Of a DNA stretch of 33,754 nucleotides, positions 7,469 through 17,242 are shown one piece after another. The stretch is taken from NCBI GenBank assembly GCA_011170385.1, contig DUFE01000087.1:1-33754 (forward strand), written 5' to 3'. Under the pieces are notes generated by a model, which had not been told where the DNA came from, did not search any database, and saw only the letters and a list, made by a program, of their open reading frames with translations. The stretch is from Dehalococcoidia bacterium (lineage in GTDB: Bacteria; Chloroflexota; Dehalococcoidia; Dehalococcoidales; W693). The first letter of the stretch is position 1; the number at the start of each line of letters is the position of its first letter. Both the position numbers and the translations under genes were made by a program.

Positions 7469-8928
7469 AATGCGAACATGGCGGCAGCCATTTCTGCCAG
7501 CTTTATCAGCAACGACGGCGCAATTCCGAAGAGAAGTATACCGATACAGGTTATCGCAAGCACCAGCCTCAGGGCTGGCGAAGAAGGCACACCACTTTCG
7601 CCTGACGGCTTACCAAGCCACATCAGCTTAGCCACCCTTAGATAGTAGAAGGCGGAGATGGCGCTGTTGAGCACGGCGATAATAACCAGCCACAGCAGAC
7701 CGTTGGCGGCGGCACCGCTGAAGATGTAGAACTTGGCGATGAAGCCGGCAGCGGGCGGCAGACCGGTGAGAGAGATCAACCCCAGTGTCAGCACCAAAGC
7801 AAGCACAGGCGCCCGCTTGCCCATACCGGAGTAGTCTTTAATCAGGTCGCTATTAGCCTTGTTGGAGATGGCGATGATGGCGGCGAAGGCTGCCAGATCA
7901 GCAAGGGCGAAGGCGACCACGTAGAATAGGGTACTGCTCTGTCCGATGACTTCTGCAGAGCCGGACAATCCGGTAGTAGCCAGACTAATCATAATATAGC
8001 CGGAGTGGGCGATACCAGAGTAAGCCAGCATACGCTTGATATTGCTCTGCTGGATAGCCAGAATGTTACCCAGGGTTATACTGACGGCACTTAAGACGGC
8101 GAATGCCATGCCCCAGTCTATGCTCAGGGCTTCGGGCAAACCGAAGGCAGAGAAAAAGACACGCAGGATAACAGCAAAACCGGCAACCTTGCTGCCCACC
8201 GAAAGGTACAGCGTTACCGGCGTTGGTGCACCTTCATAAACATCGGGCGCCCACATATGGAAGGGAACGGCGGCAATCTTGAAGCCGAAACCGGCTATTA
8301 GCAACACCAACCCGAAGACAAGCCCGGGACTGGCAAGAAGGCTGGACGAAGCCGTCGTCTCCTGTATTGAGCGGGTGATTCCAGCCAGTTGTGTTTCGCC
8401 GGTAAAACCGAAGGTAAGTGCCATGCCGTAGAGCAGCACCGCCGAAGCGACTCCGCCGAGCAGAATATACTTCAACGAGGATTCGGTTGACCTGTTATCC
8501 TTAAGGAAGCCAACAAGCAGGTAGAAGGATATGGCGGTAAGTTCCAGGGATACGAAGACAGAGATAAGGTCAGTCGCTGCTGCCATCAGCATCATACCCA
8601 GTGTTGCAAACAGCAGCAGGGCGTGGTATTCGCCCTGGAAGCGAGCGAGCTTGTTGACATAATCTATGGAAACCAGGATAACCATAGCAGCGATGAACAG
8701 GAAAAGCAGCTTGAAAAAGATACCGAAATTGTCTACCGCCAGCATATCGTTGAAGATAGCCTGCGGGCTACCGTTCCATAGAGAGATGGCAAAACCAGCG
8801 GCAACAGCAATGCCGATTAGGCTGATGGCGGTGAGCACTCCCTTATGCCGGACGAAGAGGTCGAGCAGTATCACCGCTATTGCGGTTCCAGCCAGTACCA
8901 GTTCAGGTATAAACAGCTCAAGATTCAC
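7465..8928 (-). CDS. nuoN: NADH-quinone oxidoreductase subunit N
   Basis: 487-aa polytopic antiporter-like subunit and last gene of the nuo operon. Its stop overlaps the nth stop on the opposite strand (CTAG, 7465-7468). Confidence 0.9.
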   Translation of the reverse strand: MNLELFIPELVLAGTAIAVILLDLFVRHKGVLTAISLIGIAVAAGFAISLWNGSPQAIFNDMLAVDNFGIFFKLLFLFIAAMVILVSIDYVNKLARFQGEYHALLLFATLGMMLMAAATDLISVFVSLELTAISFYLLVGFLKDNRSTESSLKYILLGGVASAVLLYGMALTFGFTGETQLAGITRSIQETTASSSLLASPGLVFGLVLLIAGFGFKIAAVPFHMWAPDVYEGAPTPVTLYLSVGSKVAGFAVILRVFFSAFGLPEALSIDWGMAFAVLSAVSITLGNILAIQQSNIKRMLAYSGIAHSGYIMISLATTGLSGSAEVIGQSSTLFYVVAFALADLAAFAAIIAISNKANSDLIKDYSGMGKRAPVLALVLTLGLISLTGLPPAAGFIAKFYIFSGAAANGLLWLVIIAVLNSAISAFYYLRVAKLMWLGKPSGESGVPSSPALRLVLAITCIGILLFGIAPSLLIKLAEMAAAMFAF

Positions 8929-8937
8929 AGTATATTC

Positions 8938-10437
8938 CTATCCTCCCCAGAAGGCAGCTACGGGCGCAATTCCGGAATTTATAACATCGGTCAGCACCAT
9001 CGGATAGACGCCGACCAGAATAATAGCGATAATAAACACAGCGCAGTAGCAGAACTCAAGCTTATCGGCGTCCTTGACGCCGCTGTATTTCTTCAGCACC
9101 GGACCTAAAAATACCCTCTGTATCAGCAGCAGCATATAGGCGGCGGCAAGGAGAATGCCAAGCATAGAGATTATGGTATAGATGTGAAGCCCGTCGACGG
9201 CTTTGCTAACGAAAGCGCCCAGGAAAACGCTGATCTCGGCGATGAAGCCGCTGGTGGCGGGTACGCCCATTGCAGCAATACCGCCGATGGTGAATATGGC
9301 AGCTATGGCAGGCATCTGCTTGCCCAGCCCGCCAAGCTTGCCTATATTACGCTCGCCGGTATTGTGCATCACCAGTCCGGTGACGGCAAACAGAAGCCCG
9401 GTAATGATACCGTGGCTGAACATCTGGAGGCTGGCGCCGACCAGGCTCAACTCTCCAAGGGCGAAGATACCCAGCAGCACGAATCCCATATGGCTTATGC
9501 TACTGTAGGCGATAAGCCTTTTCAGGTCGGTCTGCCTCAGTGTTACCGCTGCTCCGTAGACGATATTGATAGTCGCCAGTGCCAGTAGCAGTGGGGCGTA
9601 TTGCTGGGCGGAGTCCGGGAAGATACTCAGGCAAATGCGAATCATGCCGTAGCCACCCATCTTGATGAGCGTCCCGGCAAGGACGACGCTGACAGCCGTC
9701 GGGGCATCGGTGTGGGCATCGGGTAACCAGGTATGCAGAGGGAATACGGGCAGCTTTACAGCAAAGCCAGCCAGGAGCAGGAAGAACATTGGCGCTGCCG
9801 GAATAACCATCTGAGCCATAGCCAGACCGCTCTGCGAAAGCTCTATCATATCAAGGCTGCCGGTTGAGAAGTAGATGCAGAGGATACCGGCTAGCATCAG
9901 GGCGCTGCCAAACAGGGTATAAATAACGTACTTTATAGCGGAGTATTCCTTTCTGCCGGCTCCCCAGATGGAGATGAGGAAGTACATCGGGATAACCTCT
10001 ATCTCCCAGAAGATGAAGAACAGCAGCAGGTCTAGTGAACAAAACACGCCCAGGATACTCGTCTCCAGCAGCAGCAGCCAGGCGAAATACTCCCGCACCC
10101 GTAGCTCGACCTTCCAAGAAATAAGAACCACCAGAAAACCGAGCAGGGCGGTTAAAAGCACCAGCGGCATGCTCAACCCGTCGACGCCGATGTGATAATC
10201 GGCGTTGATGGGTTCTATCCAGGCTGCCATCTCCTGAAACTGTACTGCCCCCGCCATCCCCGCTGAGCGGTCAAAGGCACAGAACAGCACCAGGGACAAA
10301 ACCAGCGGAATGAAGGTGAAAACGGCGGCGATGTACCGGATAAGCCTTGCCGAAAGACCCGGCACCATAGCGATGACGATAGCCCCTGCGACCGGTAGAA
10401 ATATTATGATCGATAGGCAGTTAAAGTCCAATTTCAA
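8938..10437 (-). CDS. nuoM: NADH-quinone oxidoreductase subunit M
   Basis: 499-aa antiporter-like subunit (HTWLPDAHTDAPTAVSVVLAG motif). Position between nuoL and nuoN. Confidence 0.9.
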   Translation of the reverse strand: MKLDFNCLSIIIFLPVAGAIVIAMVPGLSARLIRYIAAVFTFIPLVLSLVLFCAFDRSAGMAGAVQFQEMAAWIEPINADYHIGVDGLSMPLVLLTALLGFLVVLISWKVELRVREYFAWLLLLETSILGVFCSLDLLLFFIFWEIEVIPMYFLISIWGAGRKEYSAIKYVIYTLFGSALMLAGILCIYFSTGSLDMIELSQSGLAMAQMVIPAAPMFFLLLAGFAVKLPVFPLHTWLPDAHTDAPTAVSVVLAGTLIKMGGYGMIRICLSIFPDSAQQYAPLLLALATINIVYGAAVTLRQTDLKRLIAYSSISHMGFVLLGIFALGELSLVGASLQMFSHGIITGLLFAVTGLVMHNTGERNIGKLGGLGKQMPAIAAIFTIGGIAAMGVPATSGFIAEISVFLGAFVSKAVDGLHIYTIISMLGILLAAAYMLLLIQRVFLGPVLKKYSGVKDADKLEFCYCAVFIIAIILVGVYPMVLTDVINSGIAPVAAFWGG

Positions 10438-10452
10438 TACCTTTCATAGAAT

Positions 10453-12345
10453 CTATCCCCATATCAGCAGGCTAATGACAATAGCCAGCACGCCCAGTAT
10501 GATAAATAAGCCGTATAGCTGGAGCTGCCCGCTTTGAGCCCTCCTGACGGAATTACCGATATCCACCACTGTATCCGCCACGCCATTCACCGCCCCGTCG
10601 ATAACTTTACTGTCCAGTAGCTTCATACCAGCGAAGAGCCTGTCGGAGAGCAATCTTTGCCCGATAGCATCCTCGTAAAGCTCGTCCATCCAGTATTTCT
10701 TGGAGAAAAGGACGTATAATGAGCGGAAGAACCATGCAATGCGATGGGGGGATATCCACTTTGCGCTGTACATGGCATAAGCCAGCAGTATACCGCTGCC
10801 TGCCATCGCCAGTGAGATCCAGGGTAATGGGTGAGACAGTATGCCGAAGAAGCCCTCGGTAAAGCTATGGCTTTCGCCATGCCCCAGTAGATGGCTGAAG
10901 CCGCCGGTTGCGTTAAACCAGCCTGAGACGACAGCAAGCACCGCCAGCACCACCATCGGCACCACCATAACTGGCGGCGATTCGTGGGGCTTTTCGCTGC
11001 CGCGGTATTCGCCTCCGAAGGTCATAAAGACCACGCGGAACATATAGAAGGCGGTCATAAAGACAGTAATCATCGATAACACGAAAAGAAGCGTGTTCTC
11101 GGACAGGGCGCTGGCAAGTATCTCATCCTTACTCCAGAACCCGGCCAGCGGCCAGATACCAGCGATGCTTAACGATGCGATAAGAAAGGTGGCGTAAGTC
11201 CAAGGCATCACCTTTCGCAACCCACCCATAAAACGCATATCGAATGTCTTGGTACCGTGGTTGACGCTTCCTGCCCCAAGGAATAAAAGAGCCTTAAAGA
11301 AAGCGTGATTGAACAGGTGAAAGATGCCGATAGCCACACCGCCGACACCCAGTCCCAGCATCATATAACCAAGCTGGCTGATGGTAGAGTAAGCCAGCAC
11401 TCTTTTAATATCATTCATCACCAGCCCCATGGTGGCGGCGAAGATGGCGGTAAAACCGCCGATATAGGCTACGATGGACAGGGCTTCGGGCGAATGCTCG
11501 AACAGCGGGAACATGCGGGCGACCAGAAAGACACCGGCGGCTACCATCGTGGCGGCGTGAATAAGGGCGCTGACAGGAGTCGGACCCTCCATAGCGTCAG
11601 GCAGCCAGACGTGCAGCGGGAATTGCGCCGATTTACCGGCGGCTCCTAAAAATATGCCTATGGCAGCCCAGGTGAGAGTGGCGCTACCGATGGCACCGGC
11701 TACGGCATAACCGTGAAGCTGGGAGACATCAAGCGTCCCCTTGCTAAAGAATAGAACCAGTATCGCCGCCAGAAAGCCGAAATCACCAAGGCGGGTGACG
11801 ATAAAGGCTTTCTTGGCTGCCCTGGCTGCCGCCGGGCGATGGAACCAGAAGCCGATCAGCAGATAAGAGCACAGACCCACCAGCTCCCAGAAGACGTACA
11901 TTAACAGCAGGTTATCGACCATTACCAGCCCCAGCATAGCGGTGGTGAAGAGCGACATATAGACGTAGTAGCGATGGTAACCGGGATCACCGTGCATGTA
12001 ACCCTGCGAATATATCTGCACCATAAGGCTGACGGTGGTAACGACGATACACATTATCACCGTCAGCATATCTATCGTCAGCCCGAGATGAATGTTGATA
12101 GAGCCCTCGATGATAAGCCAGTTGAAGTCCGGAATTATAAGCTCATGCGAGGGCGTGTTGAGCAGGCTGGTCAACAGCCACAGCGACAGGATAAGAGAGC
12201 CGGCAACGGCGCTGATGGTGATATAGCCGCTTATCCTTGGGCTGTTATTGAGGAAAGGCTTGATAAACAGCGCAATAAGTACGAACGATATCAGCGGCAG
12301 CAGGAATATCATCCATACCAGACTGTTTGGTATTATCGCTTCCAT
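10453..12345 (-). CDS. nuoL: NADH-quinone oxidoreductase subunit L
   Basis: 630 aa, the longest antiporter-like subunit, with a C-terminal lateral-helix region (HVWLPDAMEGPTPVSALIHAATMV). Confidence 0.9.
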   Translation of the reverse strand: MEAIIPNSLVWMIFLLPLISFVLIALFIKPFLNNSPRISGYITISAVAGSLILSLWLLTSLLNTPSHELIIPDFNWLIIEGSINIHLGLTIDMLTVIMCIVVTTVSLMVQIYSQGYMHGDPGYHRYYVYMSLFTTAMLGLVMVDNLLLMYVFWELVGLCSYLLIGFWFHRPAAARAAKKAFIVTRLGDFGFLAAILVLFFSKGTLDVSQLHGYAVAGAIGSATLTWAAIGIFLGAAGKSAQFPLHVWLPDAMEGPTPVSALIHAATMVAAGVFLVARMFPLFEHSPEALSIVAYIGGFTAIFAATMGLVMNDIKRVLAYSTISQLGYMMLGLGVGGVAIGIFHLFNHAFFKALLFLGAGSVNHGTKTFDMRFMGGLRKVMPWTYATFLIASLSIAGIWPLAGFWSKDEILASALSENTLLFVLSMITVFMTAFYMFRVVFMTFGGEYRGSEKPHESPPVMVVPMVVLAVLAVVSGWFNATGGFSHLLGHGESHSFTEGFFGILSHPLPWISLAMAGSGILLAYAMYSAKWISPHRIAWFFRSLYVLFSKKYWMDELYEDAIGQRLLSDRLFAGMKLLDSKVIDGAVNGVADTVVDIGNSVRRAQSGQLQLYGLFIILGVLAIVISLLIWG

Positions 12346-12358
12346 AAATGCTAACCCA

Positions 12359-12670
12359 TCACCATTTCATAAGATCTATCTTGGTTACGTCTATCGTCTC
12401 GCGTCGGCGATAGATGGCTATGATTATCGCCAGTCCGACTGTCGCTTCGGCGGCGGCGACCACTATGATAAATATGGTAAAGACCTGCCCGGTCAGCAGT
12501 GCCGGCACAACATAGCGTGAAAAGGCAACCATAGCGATGCTGACTGCTCCCAGCATAACCTCGATGCTCATCAGGATAACGACGGCGCTCCTCCTGGATA
12601 GCGCCCCATAGAGCCCGATGGCGAAAAGCACCGAAGACAGTATTAAAAAGTGTTCCAGTCCCAGTGTCAT
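12359..12670 (-). CDS. nuoK: NADH-quinone oxidoreductase subunit K
   Basis: 103 aa with 3 TM helices and a conserved mid-membrane Glu pattern (AAAEATVGLAII). Confidence 0.9.
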   Translation of the reverse strand: MTLGLEHFLILSSVLFAIGLYGALSRRSAVVILMSIEVMLGAVSIAMVAFSRYVVPALLTGQVFTIFIIVVAAAEATVGLAIIIAIYRRRETIDVTKIDLMKW

Positions 12671-12672
12671 AT

Positions 12673-13161
12673 CTATTTCTCTCTCATAAGAACGATGGCT
12701 CCAATTATAGTCGCCAGCAGAAGAATCGCGGCGATCTCCACCGGCAGTATAAACCCGCCCTCGGTGAAAAGACTGTTAGCCAGCTCGGCGGTGGTCGGTT
12801 CGGTGGGAGGCAAACCAGATACCTGCCACGGAGTCCTGACGATGGCGAAAACGGCAACCCCCAGAAATAGCGTACAGGCGGCGATGACGGGGAATTGTAG
12901 CTTGTTAGGCAGGCTGCCCCGTTCGACCTCGCGGGTAAGCATAATTGCCAGAATAATCAATATAGCTATGGCACCGACGTTAATCAGTATCTGTACCGCA
13001 GCCAGAAAGTCGGCGCTTAAAGTAACAAAGATACCGGCTATGGATAGAAAGCAGAGGATTAGGCACAGCGCCGCCCGGAAGATGTTACGCAGGCGGACGA
13101 CGGCTATCGCCGATACTACAGCTGTTGTAGCCAGTAGCCAGAATGCAATCTCTAATCCCAT
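12673..13161 (-). CDS. nuoJ: NADH-quinone oxidoreductase subunit J
   Basis: 162 aa with NuoJ-like TM pattern (FLAAVQILINVGAIAILIILAIML). Position between nuoI and nuoK. Confidence 0.85.
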   Translation of the reverse strand: MGLEIAFWLLATTAVVSAIAVVRLRNIFRAALCLILCFLSIAGIFVTLSADFLAAVQILINVGAIAILIILAIMLTREVERGSLPNKLQFPVIAACTLFLGVAVFAIVRTPWQVSGLPPTEPTTAELANSLFTEGGFILPVEIAAILLLATIIGAIVLMREK

Positions 13162-13171
13162 AATACTTCTC

Positions 13172-14953
13172 TTACAAGTCTCTGTTGATTAGTAGTGTCT
13201 GTTCGGGCAGAGTCTTTTCGATCTCTGGGCGGAAATAGCCGCTGGGCTTCCGTACCTCCGGCGTTAGAAGCTCCTCCTTACTCAAGGTCTGCTCGACGAA
13301 GCGATAGGTTCCCCGCTCGTAGCTATAGCCCATAAACAGGGCGTCGAACGGGCAGGCTTCGACGCATAAGCCGCAGTAGATGCAGGAACCGCCCTTAAGT
13401 TGATATTTCTCAACTTCATAGGTCAGGTCGCACTGCAGGCAGCGTTCGGTTTCTGCAAGCGCCGATTCTTTATCCCAGCCAATCTCAACGCCATCGAAGC
13501 TGTCCAGCCGCTGCTGGTGAGGGATGGCGGATGTTTTCGGGCGCAATCCCTCGCGGGGACCACCTTTGCGGTCCGTTATCTCCTCCGGTAGCGCCAGCGT
13601 TTCATCTATTATGCCACTGCCGCCCAGGTACTTATCTATGGATATCGCTGCCTGGCGCCCCTGGGCGATAGCTTGGATGACCGTTGCCGGGCCGAGCACG
13701 GCATCACCGCCGGCGAAGATGCCCTTGCAAGCGGTAGCCAGCGTGTCCTGATCTGTTTGAATGGTGTTGCCGCGTCCGGTGTCCAGCTCGAACTTTTCGG
13801 GCAATTTAGGGCGCTGGCCGATGGCGGATATTATATTATCCAGCTCTATGACAAAATCGCTGCCTTCTATGGGTTCCGGTCGCCGCCGTCCGCTGGCGTC
13901 TTCTTTACCCAGCTTCATACGGACGCACTCTAGTTTAAGGCATTTGTTATCGCCGGTGACCCTGGTCGGCGCCACCAGGAAGAGAATCGTTATGCCCTCG
14001 TCAAGAGCCTCCTCTATCTCCTCCGGGCTTGCCGGCATCTCGGCGCGGGTACGTCGGTATATTATGGAAACATCTCTGGCGCCGAGTCGAAGGGCGGTTC
14101 GCGCCGAGTCCATAGCCGAATTACCGCCTCCGATAACAGCTACCCTGTTGCCCAAAACTATCTTTTTGCCCAGTTTGACCTCTCTCAGGAAGTCTATACC
14201 GCCAAGTATCCTGGGGTCATCCTCACCTTCGATACCCAGCTCGATAGCCTGGTGGGCGCCGATGGCAATAAAGACGGCGTTAAAGTCCTCTCGCAGTAGA
14301 CTTTCCGGGTTATCTACCCTGGTATCGGTGAGTATCTTGACGCCGGTTTTTTCTATCTCTCTTATATTATCGGTGAGTATCTTATCGGGCAGGCGGTATT
14401 CGGGGATGCCGTAACGCATCATGCCGCCCGGCTTCGGCAGTGCTTCAAATACAGTCACCTTGTGACCGCAGAGCTTTGAAAGATAATAGGCAGCGGTGAG
14501 CCCAGCGGGACCGGCACCGATAACCGCCACCTGTTTGCCGCTTGATGGCGCACGTTTTGACCTCTGCTTCCATACGCCGCTGTCGTTATCGACGGCGAAG
14601 CGCTTGAGCATTCGTATGGCGATGGGCTGGTCGATGAGGCTGCGGTTGCAGGATGATTCGCAGGAGTGGGCGCAGATATAGCCGCAGACCGAAGGAAACG
14701 GTATCTTTTCGCGGATTACGGCTACTGCCTCATCCGGCTTGTCCTGTGAAAGGCATCGGATATAGCGGGCGGCGTCCACGTGAGAAGGGCAGGCCTGGGT
14801 GCAAGGCGCCGGTATGAGCCCTTTCTCTCCCCTGTCGGAGGTCTCTATCTCTATGCATCCGTGGGGGCAGTTGCGTGCACAGGTATAACAGCCTATGCAG
14901 CTATCCTGTGACCAGGCGAGTATGTTGCCGCGGATTCGTCTGGATACGGTCAA
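13172..14953 (-). CDS. nuoI: NuoI (2x[4Fe-4S] subunit) interrupted by a ~470-aa GltD-like Fe-S/FAD/NAD(P)H oxidoreductase module
   Basis: Single uninterrupted 593-aa ORF. NuoI motif 1 is CIGCYTCARNCP (aa 19-30). A GltD/DPD-type Fe-S region follows (APCTQACPSHVD...VCGYICAHSCESSCNR). The Rossmann motifs are VAVIGAGPAGL (FAD) and VAVIGGGNSAMDSARTALRLGA + IIYRR (NAD(P)H), with the FAD motif GIFAGGDAVLGPATVIQAIAQGRQAA. NuoI motif 2 is CIYCGLCVEACP (aa 524-535). The conserved NuoI N-terminus continues in frame upstream to about 15043 (GNGIIKGLAVTLKHLLFRRPITTQYPEQR) without a canonical start. Confidence 0.85.
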   Translation of the reverse strand: MTVSRRIRGNILAWSQDSCIGCYTCARNCPHGCIEIETSDRGEKGLIPAPCTQACPSHVDAARYIRCLSQDKPDEAVAVIREKIPFPSVCGYICAHSCESSCNRSLIDQPIAIRMLKRFAVDNDSGVWKQRSKRAPSSGKQVAVIGAGPAGLTAAYYLSKLCGHKVTVFEALPKPGGMMRYGIPEYRLPDKILTDNIREIEKTGVKILTDTRVDNPESLLREDFNAVFIAIGAHQAIELGIEGEDDPRILGGIDFLREVKLGKKIVLGNRVAVIGGGNSAMDSARTALRLGARDVSIIYRRTRAEMPASPEEIEEALDEGITILFLVAPTRVTGDNKCLKLECVRMKLGKEDASGRRRPEPIEGSDFVIELDNIISAIGQRPKLPEKFELDTGRGNTIQTDQDTLATACKGIFAGGDAVLGPATVIQAIAQGRQAAISIDKYLGGSGIIDETLALPEEITDRKGGPREGLRPKTSAIPHQQRLDSFDGVEIGWDKESALAETERCLQCDLTYEVEKYQLKGGSCIYCGLCVEACPFDALFMGYSYERGTYRFVEQTLSKEELLTPEVRKPSGYFRPEIEKTLPEQTLLINRDL

Positions 14954-15047
14954 CCTTTGTTCGGGATACTGGGTGGTGATGGGACGGCGGAACAGAAGGT
15001 GCTTCAGCGTTACCGCCAGCCCCTTGATAATGCCGTTGCCATAGTGC

Positions 15048-16139
15048 TTAAAGCCCAGTACTGTTGCCTCCCAGCCTAAAGAATTTCGACCAGATGAGTA
15101 TCAGGGCTGCCATTATAACCAGGCTGGATATGATTATCACCAGCGATGACGCCTCCTGGAAGAAAACGACCTGCATGCTGGTTAGGAGCAGGTTTATCAG
15201 TGCCAGGGGCAGCAGGAACTTCCAGGCGAAAGCCATAACCTGGTCTATCCTGAAACGTGGTATGGTAGACCGCACCCAGACGATAAGGGAGAATACAGCG
15301 ATTACCTTTATGATAAACCAGAGGAAGGGCGGCAGAAAAGGTCCCTTCCAGCCGCCGAGGAAGAGAGTGGTTATTATAGCGGATGAAGTGAGCGCCTCGG
15401 CGTATTCCATAAGGAAAAACGTTGCGAACTTCATACCGGAATATTCGATGTTATAACCGGCGACGATCTCCGAATCGGCTTCAACCAGGTCGAACGGGGT
15501 ACGGTTTATCTCTGCCAGTGAGCCGATGAAGAATATTAAAAACCCTAATGGTTGCAGCAAGATGAAGGGAACGGTCTGGGCTTCGACAATATCGTTCAAT
15601 GACAGCGAGCCGGCGATGAGAACGACGCCGACGATGGACAGCACCAGCGGGATTTCGTAGCTAATAAGCTGCGCCACGTCTCGCATTGCCCCGATGAGGG
15701 AATATTTATTATATGAGCCCCAGCCGGCCATAAAGATGCCGATAGAAGCCACCGAACTGACGGCAATGATGTATAGAATGCCGATGTTGAGGTCTACCAG
15801 CAAAGCGTTGCCCTGTAACGGGATTACGGCAAACATCATAAATACCGGGGCAAGGGCGATGATAGGCGCCAGCCAGAAGACGATTTTGTCCCCCTTTGAG
15901 GGAACTATATCCTCCTTGGTCAATATCTTAAGAACATCCGCTACCGGTTGAAGGAGACCGAAGGGACCGGCGCGATTAGGTCCCAGGCGCACCTGGAAAC
16001 GCCCTATCAGCCGTCGTTCGTACCAGATGAAGAACATAACCATCAGCAGGATAAAGGTGATTATCATGCCTGCAAATAGCAGTAGATGCAACCAGAAGTT
16101 GCCCGACCAGAGTAATTCCTGTGGAGCGAATTGCATCAT
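15048..16139 (-). CDS. nuoH: NADH-quinone oxidoreductase subunit H
   Basis: 363 aa. ERRLIGRFQVRLGPNRAGPFGLLQPVADVLK is the NuoH/ND1 signature. The start overlaps the nuoD stop (TAATG). Confidence 0.95.
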   Translation of the reverse strand: MMQFAPQELLWSGNFWLHLLLFAGMIITFILLMVMFFIWYERRLIGRFQVRLGPNRAGPFGLLQPVADVLKILTKEDIVPSKGDKIVFWLAPIIALAPVFMMFAVIPLQGNALLVDLNIGILYIIAVSSVASIGIFMAGWGSYNKYSLIGAMRDVAQLISYEIPLVLSIVGVVLIAGSLSLNDIVEAQTVPFILLQPLGFLIFFIGSLAEINRTPFDLVEADSEIVAGYNIEYSGMKFATFFLMEYAEALTSSAIITTLFLGGWKGPFLPPFLWFIIKVIAVFSLIVWVRSTIPRFRIDQVMAFAWKFLLPLALINLLLTSMQVVFFQEASSLVIIISSLVIMAALILIWSKFFRLGGNSTGL

Positions 16140-17242
16140 TACCTATCCACCTCTCCCAGGCAGATATCTATGCTGCCGAAGGTGACTATGGCATCGGCGA
16201 GCTTCCAGCCAATAATCATATCCCGCAACGCTGTCAGGTTGATGAGTATAGAAGACCTGACATGGAAGCGGTAGGGCTTCTCCGAACCGTCGGAGACTAT
16301 ATAAAAGCCCAGTTCGCCCTTGGGAGCTTCTATGTGGGCGAAGGCTTCGCCTACCGGCGGTCTAAAACGCAGCGGTACTTTATTCAATACATTGCCTGAT
16401 GGCAGCTGCTCTATAGCCTGATTCAGAATGCGGATACTCTGGTACATCTCGGCTATCCTTACGCGGTACCGGTCGTAGCAATCACCAGCGCTGCCCGTGG
16501 GGATGTCGAAATCGAAGCGGTCGTAAACGGAGTAGGGGTCGGCTTTGCGGATGTCCCATTTAACGCCACTGGCGCGCAGTACCGGCCCACTGGCGGAGCT
16601 GCTGATTGCCAGCTTCTTTGGCAGGACACCGATACCCTTTGTGCGTGCCAGAAGTATCTCATTATCAGCCAGGAGCTGATCGTATTCGGCGATAAAGCCT
16701 GGGAAATGCTTCAGTAATTTCTTTAGAGCCGGAAGAAACTCGTCAGGGATATCGTGGCTGACGCCGCCGAAACGCATATAGTTATAAAGTAGCCTCTGGC
16801 CGCAGACCATATCGAAAAGGTCGAGAATCCTCTCCCTTTCGCGGAACATATACAGGAATGGCGTCTGGAAAGCGCCGAGGTCGTTAGCCAGCGAACCGAC
16901 GGCAATCAGGTGGCTAGCGATGCGCTGTAGCTCTGCCATGATGACGCGCAGGTACTCGGCACGCTCCGGCACCTGTATACCGGCAAGCTTTTCCACCGCC
17001 ATAACGTAGGATAGCTCGTTGCTCATTGAAGCAATATAATCCATACGGTCTGTAAATGGAATGTTTTGCTTGTAGGTGCGGTTCTCGGCGAGCTTTTCTA
17101 TACCGCGATGTAGATATCCGAAGACCGGCTCAAGCTCGACGATAACCTCGCCATCCATGGTAGCCAGCATTCGGAAGACTCCGTGGGTGCTGGGGTGCAG
17201 AGGACCCAGGTTGATGACGAATAGCTCGGTCTTAAGAGCCAT
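16139..17242 (-). CDS. nuoD: NADH-quinone oxidoreductase subunit D
   Basis: 367 aa. [15 protein letters not shown]...[12 protein letters not shown] and the C-terminal DICLGEVDR motif. Confidence 0.95.
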   Translation of the reverse strand: MALKTELFVINLGPLHPSTHGVFRMLATMDGEVIVELEPVFGYLHRGIEKLAENRTYKQNIPFTDRMDYIASMSNELSYVMAVEKLAGIQVPERAEYLRVIMAELQRIASHLIAVGSLANDLGAFQTPFLYMFRERERILDLFDMVCGQRLLYNYMRFGGVSHDIPDEFLPALKKLLKHFPGFIAEYDQLLADNEILLARTKGIGVLPKKLAISSSASGPVLRASGVKWDIRKADPYSVYDRFDFDIPTGSAGDCYDRYRVRIAEMYQSIRILNQAIEQLPSGNVLNKVPLRFRPPVGEAFAHIEAPKGELGFYIVSDGSEKPYRFHVRSSILINLTALRDMIIGWKLADAIVTFGSIDICLGEVDR

